Below, one piece after another: positions 53,031 to 64,000 of a DNA stretch of 64,000 nucleotides (its first letter is position 1; each line of letters opens with the position of its first letter). The stretch is from Camelus dromedarius (lineage: Eukaryota): the NCBI RefSeq assembly GCF_036321535.1, contig NC_087436.1, forward strand, positions 30,692,001 to 30,756,000. The letters run 5' to 3'. The translations under genes were made by a program, and so were the position numbers. The notes beneath the pieces were generated by a model. The model had not been told where the DNA came from. It did not search any database and saw nothing but the letters and a program-made list of their open reading frames with translations.

Positions 53031-54614
53031 CTATTAGGCAGATAGAAAGACTCCAAGACTTCCTGCTTTGGGTTTTACAAAAGCCTAAGCCTACTGCCTT
53101 AAGATGTAGTTCACAGGAATGCACAGAGAAGACATGAATGAATTCCCTGCATGCATGAGAAGAAAATCCTTGAGCTGGGGGAGGCAAACAGCTCTGTGTG
53201 TTCTGTAGTAACCTGGATGCAGGTTTTAATCCCAGCTGTATGTGATATAGGAAGCAAATTCTAAAAAGAAATGGATTTTTGCACTTCTAAGGAGATGAGA
53301 TTTCAGCCATTCGCATTTTCTGGCTTAGAAAAAGGTCCCTATGACCCAAGGATGGCATGGAAACAATAGAAAGCCTTGAGCTAAGTAAAGTCCATGCAAA
53401 GAAAATAATATCTCCCTAGTGGAATATTTATGTGAATCTAGAATTGTTAGGGGGTTACTAGAAATAAATGAGGTTAAACTTTTTTATGATTTCAACTGTG
53501 TGTTTGCTAAAGAGGGTGCTTAGAAAATAATGAAGATGTTATTTCTCGTACATCTTGGACCAAAATTCATACCATATATACATAGCTGCTTAAACCTGAT
53601 GATTCAGCCTTTTATGTAGCATCCAGACCCGGGTTGGGGAAAGCCTAAGTATTCCCTAGTAAGTTTAACTCATGGAAAAGCCTGTCTTTATGGGTGTATT
53701 AGATATTCTAATTATTGCTTCTTGGTCCAAACAGCTTCTAAGAATATTACTTCCTCAACCTCACTGAAAGAAAGAGGATCTATCTGCCATGATTATGTTA
53801 CTGGGCCACAAATCCCTGGCCCTAGATGACTGGATCTGAATGGATCTGCACCCCCAATGAATTACTTCATAGGTTGAGTTCATTACATTAAATTATCTTG
53901 AAAATCCGTAATGAGGACACCCTCTCTAAGCCAGTTAACCAGCTGGAACATGAAGGGCACTAGAACTGAACCAGAACGTAGAATTAGAGACGAAGTCATT
54001 GCTAGCACTAGGCAGGATCCTCTGCGTATTTATACAGGACAAATTTACAGGGAAAAGAGAAGTCTTGTAAAACTGAGAAGTCTGTTCAACAGACAGAACA
54101 GCAGCAGAGATATTCAGAGCAAAGTTGAGATAAAAAAACTATACCAAATAGAGAAAACATTTGTAATATTTGAGAGTATCTTCCACTACCACCAGCTATT
54201 GGTTGAAAGTGCTCCGGGGTTTGCCGGCGGGGAGATGTCCTTCGTCCAGCACACTGGTCCTGCTGCACGTATCTGCGTGACTGTAGAGGGCTCTAGAAGC
54301 CAGCGAGGGCCAAAGAGTCACAGCATCTATAAATTAGGACAGCATGCAAAGAAATGTGAAGTAACAGACAGGGACAGAGAAGGGGGAGGGGGATTAGATT
54401 TATTAACCATTTCTCCAAAGTTAAAAAAATTAAATCACACTGGGTTTTAGGAGGAAACAGCCAAGAAGAAAGAATAGAGCTCAGAGATGGAACCAGCAAA
54501 AGCTTTCCCTGTTCTAAATGGCATGCAGTGAGGGCTATGCTACAGAATTATGAAAAGGCTGAACCCTGATCACGTAAAAGGCTGAAGTGCTTGACATTAC
54601 ATGCATCGTACTTG

Positions 54615-55127
54615 TGTAACAGAACAATATGACTCTGTATTAGATCTGTTCCTTTGGCTTTAACGCTGTGCTCTGTTTCCTGGGCTTAGTTGTGCCGGTT
54701 CTGCACCTTTTGTGAAAAAACTGTTGCCTGTAGCCTGAAATATACAAGATAGCCTGTTCTTAACACTCTACCCTTTAAGGGTATTAACACTTTTCCATTC
54801 ATATAAAGATAAAGAGGTGCAGAATAGAAAATAACATTTGTTTTGTTGGAGGTTTACAGGGACACCATGACCTGACCCACATGGACCCACATGCAAAAAC
54901 AAAGGATTCCAACACTGAGAAGTTTGCAACAACCATACCCTCTCCCCTTTTTAGTATAAAAGGAGCCTGAATTCTGACTTGGGGAAGACGGTTCTCTAGG
55001 ACATTAGTCTGTCATCTTCTCAGTCTGCCAGATTTCCAAGTCAAGTCATTACTCCTTGGCCCAACAGCTCATCTCCCGATTTATTGGCCTGTCATGTGGC
55101 GAGCAGAACAGTTTGGATTTGGTAACA
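54615..55127 (+). mobile_element. ERV1 solo LTR (MER34/MER39-like 3' end)
   Basis: tgtaaca...ggtaaca termini; near-TSD cttg/ctta; TATAAAA at 54955-54961; 3' end gatttattggcctgtcatgtggcgagcagaacagtttggatttggtaaca. Confidence 0.85.
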
Positions 55128-57209
55128 CTTATGTGATGCCCTAAAAACACAAGTCTATGCTTCAAATTATTTTTCTGAGATAGGACTGATGTTTATACTC
55201 TGAACTGGGCCATGGTACAAAAGGAAACATAATTGTACTCATTGGAAGCCACATCTACCTCAAAGGAAAAAGTGCTTTGACCACAAAAGTAAATTTTCAG
55301 AGATGAAAGCCTGGGGGCCTACAGGGAGAATGAAGTTGGCAGCCTGCAAAAAATTCAAGCTAACGTGAAAGCACTTCTGTAGAAACATACTGGACAACTG
55401 AATCATTCTGTTGGAAATTTTTAAATCAGTTACTATACCAACTACTTTTTAGGTACTAAGAGATGCTTTAAAGAGGCCTATGGATTCCATTTAATGTGGA
55501 AGCATTCTGAGATGTCGCCAAGGCATTGATGATCTTATGTTAGAGAGTAAAAATGTCTATTCAAAGTTAAAAATGTTAGGAACCTTCAGCGAGAGACCAC
55601 TGTATATTAAAAATTATATCATTTGTCATTTTATTAATTTTTTAAAACTCTGAATGTTTTTACAAAAAATTCATCAAATAATTAGACTAAACTAATACTG
55701 TCCAAGGAAACCATTTTAAGTCATTTTCCCAAAGATATGTTATTAGGTCATGCCTTGCACAACTACACATTTTCATAACAAATTACAATAATTGTGAGGT
55801 GACTGAGTTAAAAGCAAGATGTTTAAAAGTAATAGGCACAACTTTATCAAAAAATGTTTGCAATGTCATCAAGATCAAAAATCAAATGGCAATAGATTCA
55901 AAGGAAAGAGATATTGCTGATCAGTTAGAGGTAAGTTTAGCAAAATAATTCTTAAGGTTATTGATTCCATAACTATTATATAACTTATTATGAATGTTTC
56001 ACTGTGAAGACTTATTTCCCTATTTTGATCGAGTAGTATTATAAAAAATTTTTCTTTAAAATGACAGTGAAAGAGCAATTCTAAACCCTCTACTCAATTA
56101 TTAGTTCTTAAATTCTGACATTTTTATTCATTCTGAGTAACTGAGCTTATTTCTGACATTTCTGAAATTTGGGTACACTCTCTTCCTGTATTCTAGGAAA
56201 CATTCCTTTGGTAGAACTTATTCTGTCCCTCCCCCATTGATCTTCATTATCTATGACTCTACCTGCCCAGATGAGCATTTTAGATAGATCACTAAGGCTA
56301 GAGTCTAGCAAGTGAAATTGAAAAAGAAAACTTCTGTTATCAGGGAGACCAATCTGGAGTTTTGTGAGGGTTCAGCAAAATAAAAATAATTAACCCCTGA
56401 ACTAAGGGGAAAAAACAGGATGATGAAAGAGAACATTTATGAGAGATGCTAAGGAATTAGACAGTAGCACATTTGCTGACCATCTGAGTATGAGAGTCAA
56501 TCTACATATGTGCCCAGATTTTTGCCCTTAGCAACTGAATGGTGCCATTCATTGAGACAAAGACAAAGGCAGGAGACAAGTGTTTCATATGGCTCTGGGA
56601 ATGTGTGCATGTCATGGAAGTAGAATGGATGTTACTCTGGCCACATTCATTTCATTTGATTAATACATTGGAAGATATCTACATTTTGTCCCTTTTCAGT
56701 ATTGCTCTTTCCAATATGCCAGAACTGTCTATTCCTTTAACCTAACTTCCTTCACATTGAAGTCAACTAGAATCATTATCATCCCTTGGAATTTTGTTAA
56801 CAATATATGCAAAATTTAACATTGTATTTTTCTGAGTTTGTACTTACAGATAGTCAACACATTTAGAAAATACATTGAAAATTTGAATCAAAAGCCCACC
56901 AGATTAAATAAGGAGTTCATCCCAACAATAATGGGAAATTTGACTCTTTTGTGTATAGAAGTCATATCCCCAAACTCTGTCCAGAAGAAAACCAAAGGCT
57001 GACATTACTTTAAAAATCAAACTCAGTTACCAATTTCTAAACTGATCAAGTCATTTTTTTCAGTGAGAGTGTTGATCAATATCTCTGCCAAAATATGGAA
57101 GTTCAAAGCAACAAAAATAATAAAAAAAGGAAATTTGATAACCCACTTCTGTGAATCATATAGAGCCAGAGAAGCTGAAAGCAAGTAAAACAGTATCATG
57201 GCCTAAGAA

Positions 57210-57430
57210 CTCCTTGGATTCTACAGTTAGACCACTTCAAATGCAAATCTAAGCTCCAAGCTGTGTGGTTTTGATTAATATACATATGTTCTCTAAAACT
57301 CAATTTTTCCATCTATAAAAATGAGACAATACTGATATCTACTTCAATTGAAACTATGTGATGCTTAAATGATATTGAAGTAATGCAAATTGTTTTTTAC
57401 TAGTGAGCAGTAAGAATTATTATTTATGAT
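57210..57430 (+). mobile_element. MIR SINE
   Basis: ctctaaaactcaatttttccatctataaaaatgagacaatact core. Confidence 0.7.
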
Positions 57431-57759
57431 ATTATTATAATTAGGCTACAAAGCAATAAAGATATTATATATTTCCATGGTCCATATGTCCATTGATAGG
57501 AATTCTTTACACCTGATAGATGAGTGATTTCTCAGTTATACATGTGGCCAAAATTTCTCACACTGTGACTTGTCTTTTCTCTCTCTTATTAGTTAGATTA
57601 ACAGACATTTGTAACTCTAATGAAACAGAACTTTTTTCAGTGTTTACCTTGCCTACTTCAGGGTTATGAAGTGGAAATGAAGGAAACAGAATAATTCGGG
57701 GGTTGGGGGTGGGGTGGCATATTGATATACTGGATGGAGAAAGAGCAATTAAGAAAAAC

Positions 57760-58960
57760 AACCGCATTTTTGATGTGAGTAACTGTGTGATCAGTGATCA
57801 GTCTACTGCAATGGAGAAAATCTCAGAAACAGAAGACACAATCAAAATTCTATTTTGAATATGTTATGTTTAAAATACTACTTACCTATTTTGGATATGA
57901 TGTGGTTGGATATATGTCTCATGTCCATGGGAATGCTAGTACTATAGTTTTAAATTGACCACATGATATTGAAAGATATAGTACTACATCAGGGTTCCTA
58001 ATAAGTAAGTATAGAGAAGAGGGGGCAGGAATGATGCCAGGATATGTCTGTATTCAAAGTTTTAGGAGAAGGAACTTGCAAGAAAGACTAAGAAGTAGTT
58101 AGGCAAAAAATCAGGACTGGTTGATGACATAAAATCTAATCTAAAAAAAGGAAAAGTAAGGCAAGAAAAATGCCCCTGTAATGTGAAATAAGGTAAAATC
58201 ATGGAAGAGTCATTGGATTTGGCAACACTAAAGTTTGTTTTTTTTTTTTTAATTGACAAAAGTAATTTCAGTGGATTGGTTAGAGAGAAAGAAACTGAAG
58301 AGTTAAGAAGTGGAGACAATGAGATCAGACACAAATTTCAGAAGTATGTTCTGTAGTAGAGAGGACAATAAAAATAGATAAGTATTTATATTTAGAGGGG
58401 ATATCAAGGAAATTTTTAAAATTTTACAAAAGGAGGGAAGTGCTATGATATGGCAAGAGATGTAGAGCTCAATACCAAAGTTCAGAGCAGATATGGAAGG
58501 AAGCTTCTGTTCCATTATGAGTGGGGAGGCCATAGTATGTAGATAAAGATCTAGGTAGGTTTGTAGCCAGAACAATAATAGCACTGAATTTTTTTTTTAT
58601 AAAAATCATTCTAGTTTCACTGTGGAGAATGGATTGAACTGATGGTTTTAATGTTTTAGGTGAGATATGGTGAAAGCCTTATCTAGCAGAAGACCAGAGG
58701 TATTGCAGAAGAGGAAGCAAGTTGACAGACATTACAGGGAAGATGGAGTTGATTACAGATTTGAGGTAGAGAAGTTACAGGTCAAAAAAAAAAAGAATTT
58801 AAAGATAATTACTATTTACTTCCTATGGGACAAGTGATGGCATCTTATTAGCTATCTAAAAAATACTAGAGAGAAGAGGGGAAAGTTTAGTGGAAAGAAC
58901 AATTCTTATTTAACCACATAAATTTTGACGTGCCTGGGAGATATGCAGGTGACTGTTAGA
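57760..58960 (-). mobile_element. L2 LINE fragments
   Basis: Antisense L2 hallmarks cattggatttggcaaca, atcattctagtttcactgtggagaatggattg and gtgcctgggagatatgcaggtg. Confidence 0.7.
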
Positions 58961-59989
58961 TACATGCTTTTCATTTAATTCTGTTATTATAGACCTAGAC
59001 CCAAGTCTACATTGCTATATAAGCTCTGATGTTCTTATTCAATTAAAAATAATGGCCAGTTTGCCTTTTTAATTATGATTTGTTTAGCTTCTAGACGTAT
59101 GAAAAAAATTAAAAATGCATTTAACAAATCAGTACAGAAATTGTTTCTATTAAATTAAACAAACATTAAAACACCTAACCTAATGTTCCATATCAAGGTG
59201 AGATAGCAGTGCCTTGAGTAACAGTGAGAGATTCAGCCCCAGCCACACTAGGCTATAGTTGTTAAAATAACTGATTGTGATAGTGTAGGTTATTTATTTA
59301 AACTGGATTTCATTCATCTAATTGATAATATGACCAATGTATATAAATAGGGATTATATTTAGAATTTCCATTTCCCATCTGGACAATCATTTATCTTCT
59401 ATACACACCACATATACATTGCAATTGTATGCAAATGACCACCTAGAGAACATTTTTGTAGAAACTGGAATTTTTGTTGTTGTTTCAAGAATGCTTAAGA
59501 TTGGAACAAAAGTAACACATTGTAATTTCTAATGTGAGTTTTTTCATTTTCGGGAAGACTGTAGCTTGCCCAAGGAAGATATGTTCCTTTATATGGTTAT
59601 TTCTCTTTCATGAATTTATTTATTTAGTTTCACCAAAGTTTAGGTAAGGAGATAGCAATGCATCAGAAACAAACATTTTTGAGATTGCTGTGGAATCTTT
59701 CAAATAATTTAAACCTAATTATGATATCTTGTTTCAATATTTCAGTAATATTGCCTTTCAATATTAATTAGGCAACAAAACACTGTCCATGTGGAGATTT
59801 TTACACATAGCTTCCAAATTTTAAGTTTTTCTCTATAATGCAAATATTAAAAATTACCCCCCTTTCCCTTTTTTTCCCTCTCACAAAGATTACCAGTACT
59901 TGTGAAAAGAACTCTGACCAGTGATCTCACTCTAACACATCAGGCTTATCAGCTTAGCATGGCAAGCTCTCGACATGGGCAGCAGGTGA

Positions 59990-60240
59990 GAGGGAGAAGG
60001 TAAACTAGCTACCGTATGCCAGTCACTATGACGGATTCTGTATATATATGATCGTATCTAATATCCAAAGCTCTGTGATATTAGTATTATTATCGACTGT
60101 TCTTCATCTCATTTTAGAGATCATAAAGTGATAGCAGATATTGAACCATTTTCTGAGACTCACGCAACTTAGTAACTGAGCTAAAATATCAGCTCAGATC
60201 TATACAACTTGTGAACTCAAGCTCTGTCTACTATATCATA
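59990..60240 (-). mobile_element. MIR SINE
   Basis: ctaccgtatgccagtcactatg...ctcattttagagat...cttagtaactgagcta. Confidence 0.55.
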
Positions 60241-60664
60241 CTGGAAGCAAAGCAGGTAACTTCACAGATCCAGGTAGGAAGTGCTGGGCTGGGATTGTTT
60301 TCTGCAGTTTACCTGGGAGTCTGGAGACATTTTGCCATTTGCTGTGAGATTGTTTCACCAAGTCAAGTGTTTTTTAAAGTAATTTACCTAAATTAACTCA
60401 AAGTATAAATGAACTTTATTGGGAGAGACCAGATTTCTTATCAAATTTAATTACAGGGCAAAGACAAGCTAGGTCCCACACAAACGGGAACTAAAAATCA
60501 GAAACCAAGATTATGTTCTCTGCCTCTTCAGGACCACATGAATTTTCTCTTTTCTATTTTTTTTTCATATTAGCAATATTCTCCTTCAACTGACATTCTT
60601 TATTCTGTGTACATCTAGCCCAGCAGAGCTACATACACTGACTACTACTACGAACTTCGAGATC

Positions 60665-60837
60665 TTTGCTGTCTACTAAGGTAGCCACTAGCCTATTTAA
60701 AGTCAAATGACTATTTAAATTCAAATTAATTAAATTTAATGAAATAAAAAATTCAGTTCACCTGTCTTTTTAGCCACATTTCAACTATGCAATAGCCACA
60801 TTTCTATCATCCCAGAAAGTACTGTTGAGCAGTACTG
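60665..60837 (-). mobile_element. MER3-like hAT-Charlie MITE
   Basis: ggtagccactagcc...tatttaaattcaaattaattaaa...aaattcagttc...tagccacatttcaa...atcatcccagaaagtactgttg. Confidence 0.8.
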
Positions 60838-62379
60838 TTCCAGTTCTTCTTTGCCCACCATGTGTTGTTTATAATTTCTATGTCTTCTGCTTCAAATTTT
60901 GAATTCACTTGAGACATTCTACCCAAGTTCCTAATCCCTTGCCAGAACCAGTGTTCATCCAGAAAGAAAGAGATTTCTTGTCCAATTTGTAGAGCACATG
61001 GGGAGGGCAGAAAGTCTAGTACTCTCTCTTTTCTCCATTTCAGGGATACAGTGTTCATGTTGCACAGGATTATAAACTACCTACTACTGTAGGTTTTTCC
61101 CCTGCAAAGGAACATAGGCCTTGATTCTTTATTTGTCCTGTTCCACTTATTCTTGTAAAACTTGTATTATGTTAGAAATTGATAACTAGCAGATATATAG
61201 TTAAGCTGAAAAAAAGATCGACAACATTTTCTCTGATACTGCTTTTACTTCAAAATTAAATAGAGTTCAACATCAGAACATATAAAGCTTAAAATTATTT
61301 TTTGGAGAAGGAAAACATTTTTCAGCTATATTGAGAAACTCACTCTTTCCCTGTTTTACTTTCCTATACAATGCTCCCTGAAATTGCTCTCATGAGCAAA
61401 CTGTTGTTTGATATTCTGGGCTGGAATATATGATTGTTAATGACACAAGTGAGGAATGTAAATTTTTGTCAACCTAGGGACACTAATGCCAACTCATTTA
61501 CCCAGAAAGTAACATCAAGAGAGTTCCATCTTCCACATACATTTTATAGACTTGGCTACTATTTCCCACGACCTTGTGAACAACACACTTTTAGGACATC
61601 TACTGGGGTCATGGAAATGGATGTGCAGGTGAGGGGAACCAAAGTTTACAATTCACTGTCTACAGAGAAAATCCACCTCTGATCTTTAGTATGTGTTTTT
61701 TTGAGAATTTCACTGTGATTTAGAGAAGGGTTTATAAAGATTGTGTTGATAATAAAAAAGTGACACCATAAAGTAAAATTTTCTATTAGCATCATCTTTA
61801 ACAAGACTTATGTTAATCCTGTGCTTCAAATACTCTGATTATTGGGTATATTATTATTTAACACTATTATATGTAGGTGATTCTATAAGAGAAATTTACC
61901 CAAATGAATCTAACCCTTAGAGACTTTTAAATGTAATTAATGTTTATAATACTTTTGAGTTCTTTGGATGAAAGGATCTTTTGAAATAAATTGCTTATTG
62001 ATACTGTTACATTGTTGGTGACAGAAAGCATATCTTAGAATATTATTTATATGAATATTGGTACTATGTTTCCAGTGTGTGAACACCAGAAAGGAAATCC
62101 AGTGCTGTATACATTTTTACTACTTCTTAATATAAGATTCTACCTATCATTGTATTTTATGTGACTAAGGTAAATAGCAGGTCTATTTAACAATTTTAAA
62201 TGAGGTTAATATTAGGGTTAATAATCTTGTATATTTCTCATCAGACTGAAACTAAATCATCAAATATCTCTTATCACAATATTTTCCAATATTCTTCAAA
62301 ACCAAATTTAACAGCAGATAAATTCACTTCTAGTAATTACAGCTATAACATTCCCTTATGCTCACTCCTTAGTTTGCAT

Positions 62380-63110
62380 TAAAACTCATCACATCTAATT
62401 TCAGTACCTCCCAGCTAGTCTCCTTGCTCCTCTTCTAGCCCCCTCCCTCTCCAAATCATTCTACATACTGTCATCTTGCTAAAGTAGAGACAGGAGAAAA
62501 ACATAAGAAAAAATGAATTTTAGGTCTATTTCAGTGTCACTTGGGGGCATTATTTTACTGCTATAATATTGGCTTTTCCTGATCTGTAAAATGAAAGTAA
62601 CACGTGTCTCTCAGGATTGTTATTATGATTAAATAAAGTCAAACAGCAGGTCAAACATTAAATGAGGGCAAACAGCAGGCATATGACAGACCCACAATCA
62701 CTCTAACCTTGTAGAAATTTCTAATGTCTCCTCCCTATGGATTAAAGACCAATTTTCTTACCAAGACAGCTAAGTTCTGCATCATAAAATCATGTTCCCT
62801 TTCCAGGCTTTTTAATACTGGAGTTCTGGACAAACCAGAAGTATCAGTGTGTGATAAAGAGGGCTCTTATTTCTTCCACTCGTAGCCTGCACTTCTGTCT
62901 AAAGCCATGCTTTTACATTCCCTGTTCCTCCACCTGGAATGACTCAACCCATCATTTACTTCATCTAAATCATATCTATATCTAATCTTCGTACCACTCT
63001 CCTCAAGACACTTCTGAATTCCCACAGTGGAAATCCACCCCCTCTTCTCTATTCCTGGAGTTCACAATACCCAACTCAGAGATGCTATAATTATTAAGAG
63101 ATAAATTAGT
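62380..63110 (+). mobile_element. L2 fragment with a MIR inserted at ~62500-62660
   Basis: ctagtctccttgctcc...ccaaatcattctacatactg and ctgttcctccacctggaatg (L2); ttttcctgatctgtaaaatg...caggattgttattatgattaaat (MIR). Confidence 0.6.
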
Positions 63111-64000
63111 AAACATGTGCAAATATTATGTGAGTTTTTCTCCTTGAGAATTTACCTTTAGGAAATAGAGAGCACTTCATTGTGAGCTTTTACGGACTTT
63201 TGTTATATAGACAGCCTTTTTTATGTTTTCTTTAGGGAGAACTACTCAAGATATATGTTAGGAAAAACAGTCGTCTCTAGATGAGGTTAGAGGTAACTAG
63301 GTAACTTGACATAATTAGTAAAACAAGAGCCAAACAACAGTAACAACAACAACAAACACAGATCTAGTCATCACTTCTGAGTATACGCTCTCACAGTTGG
63401 AAGTGTTCGTTATCACTGTTAAAGAGAAAGAGAAAGAGGGAAACAGAAGACAAAAAAACTGCAAAGATTATTTGAAAACTATAAAATAAGTTGTCACACT
63501 GTGAAGGTCACAATTCTATCTATAAGAAAAAAAAACTGTAAAAGGAAAATCATTCTCCTAATTTTATTACTATGGAATTTGTGATTTTAGGTCACAGTAT
63601 CTTGTATCACACATGATTCACCTTGGACAGTTTAGATGAGAGAGAATAGGAGACAAGGACTGTGTTAGGTAATGACATTAATGTCTAAGAGATATATGAG
63701 TAGTTGAATAAAATGATTTCATTTATTATGAGACCAGAACTTTAGTATTTTAAATTAATGCATTATGCTATTTTAATTACATTATAAACAAGTTAAATAT
63801 GTAGTTTTCAATACTATCAAAATCCTCAAATTGATGAATTCAAATAGCCCAAAAAACTATTTGATGGACCTTTTCAATGGGAAAGTATAAATGATTTTCT
63901 ATTTGATGTTGCCATATAGTCAAGATTGGTATATGCTTTAATTTTGTGTAATGTTATACGAAGAACAATATGTATGGCTGATAGGAATTCATAAAATACC

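Noticed and set aside
1..64000. The 60-125 aa ORFs in the ORF track as genes
   Set aside because: Short, composition-biased, no recognisable cellular domains. The only recognisable peptides are ERV-L and L1 remnants.
1..64000. CRISPR array, operon or other prokaryotic/phage system
   Set aside because: No regularly spaced repeats or dense coding. The sequence is dominated by mammalian interspersed repeats.

Overview
AT-rich, CpG-depleted mammalian non-coding DNA (intergenic or deep intronic). I can support no intact protein-coding gene, RNA gene, CRISPR array or prokaryotic system. A tRNA-derived SINE resembling camelid Vic-1 (20294-20436, perfect 14-bp TSD), with no Alu, B1, Bov-tA, CHR or SINEC copies seen, points to a camelid genome. 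The window is a layered transposon record. It holds a ~3.7-kb decayed ERV-L internal region with readable RT, RNase H, integrase and dUTPase motifs (9490-13180) plus a 3' LTR remnant, and a ~4-kb antisense L1. It also holds a 5'-end-only L1, several solo LTRs with TSDs, hAT MITEs (MER53, MER94, MER63, MER5, MER96B, MER3, MER91/Zaphod-like), and many L2, MIR and L3 relics. A few repeat-free stretches contain candidate splice-bounded exons or enhancer-like motif clusters; these are speculative. Repeat family names come from recalled consensus sequences and need Dfam/RepeatMasker confirmation. Boundaries without a TSD are approximate. I did not find a convincing novel biological system.
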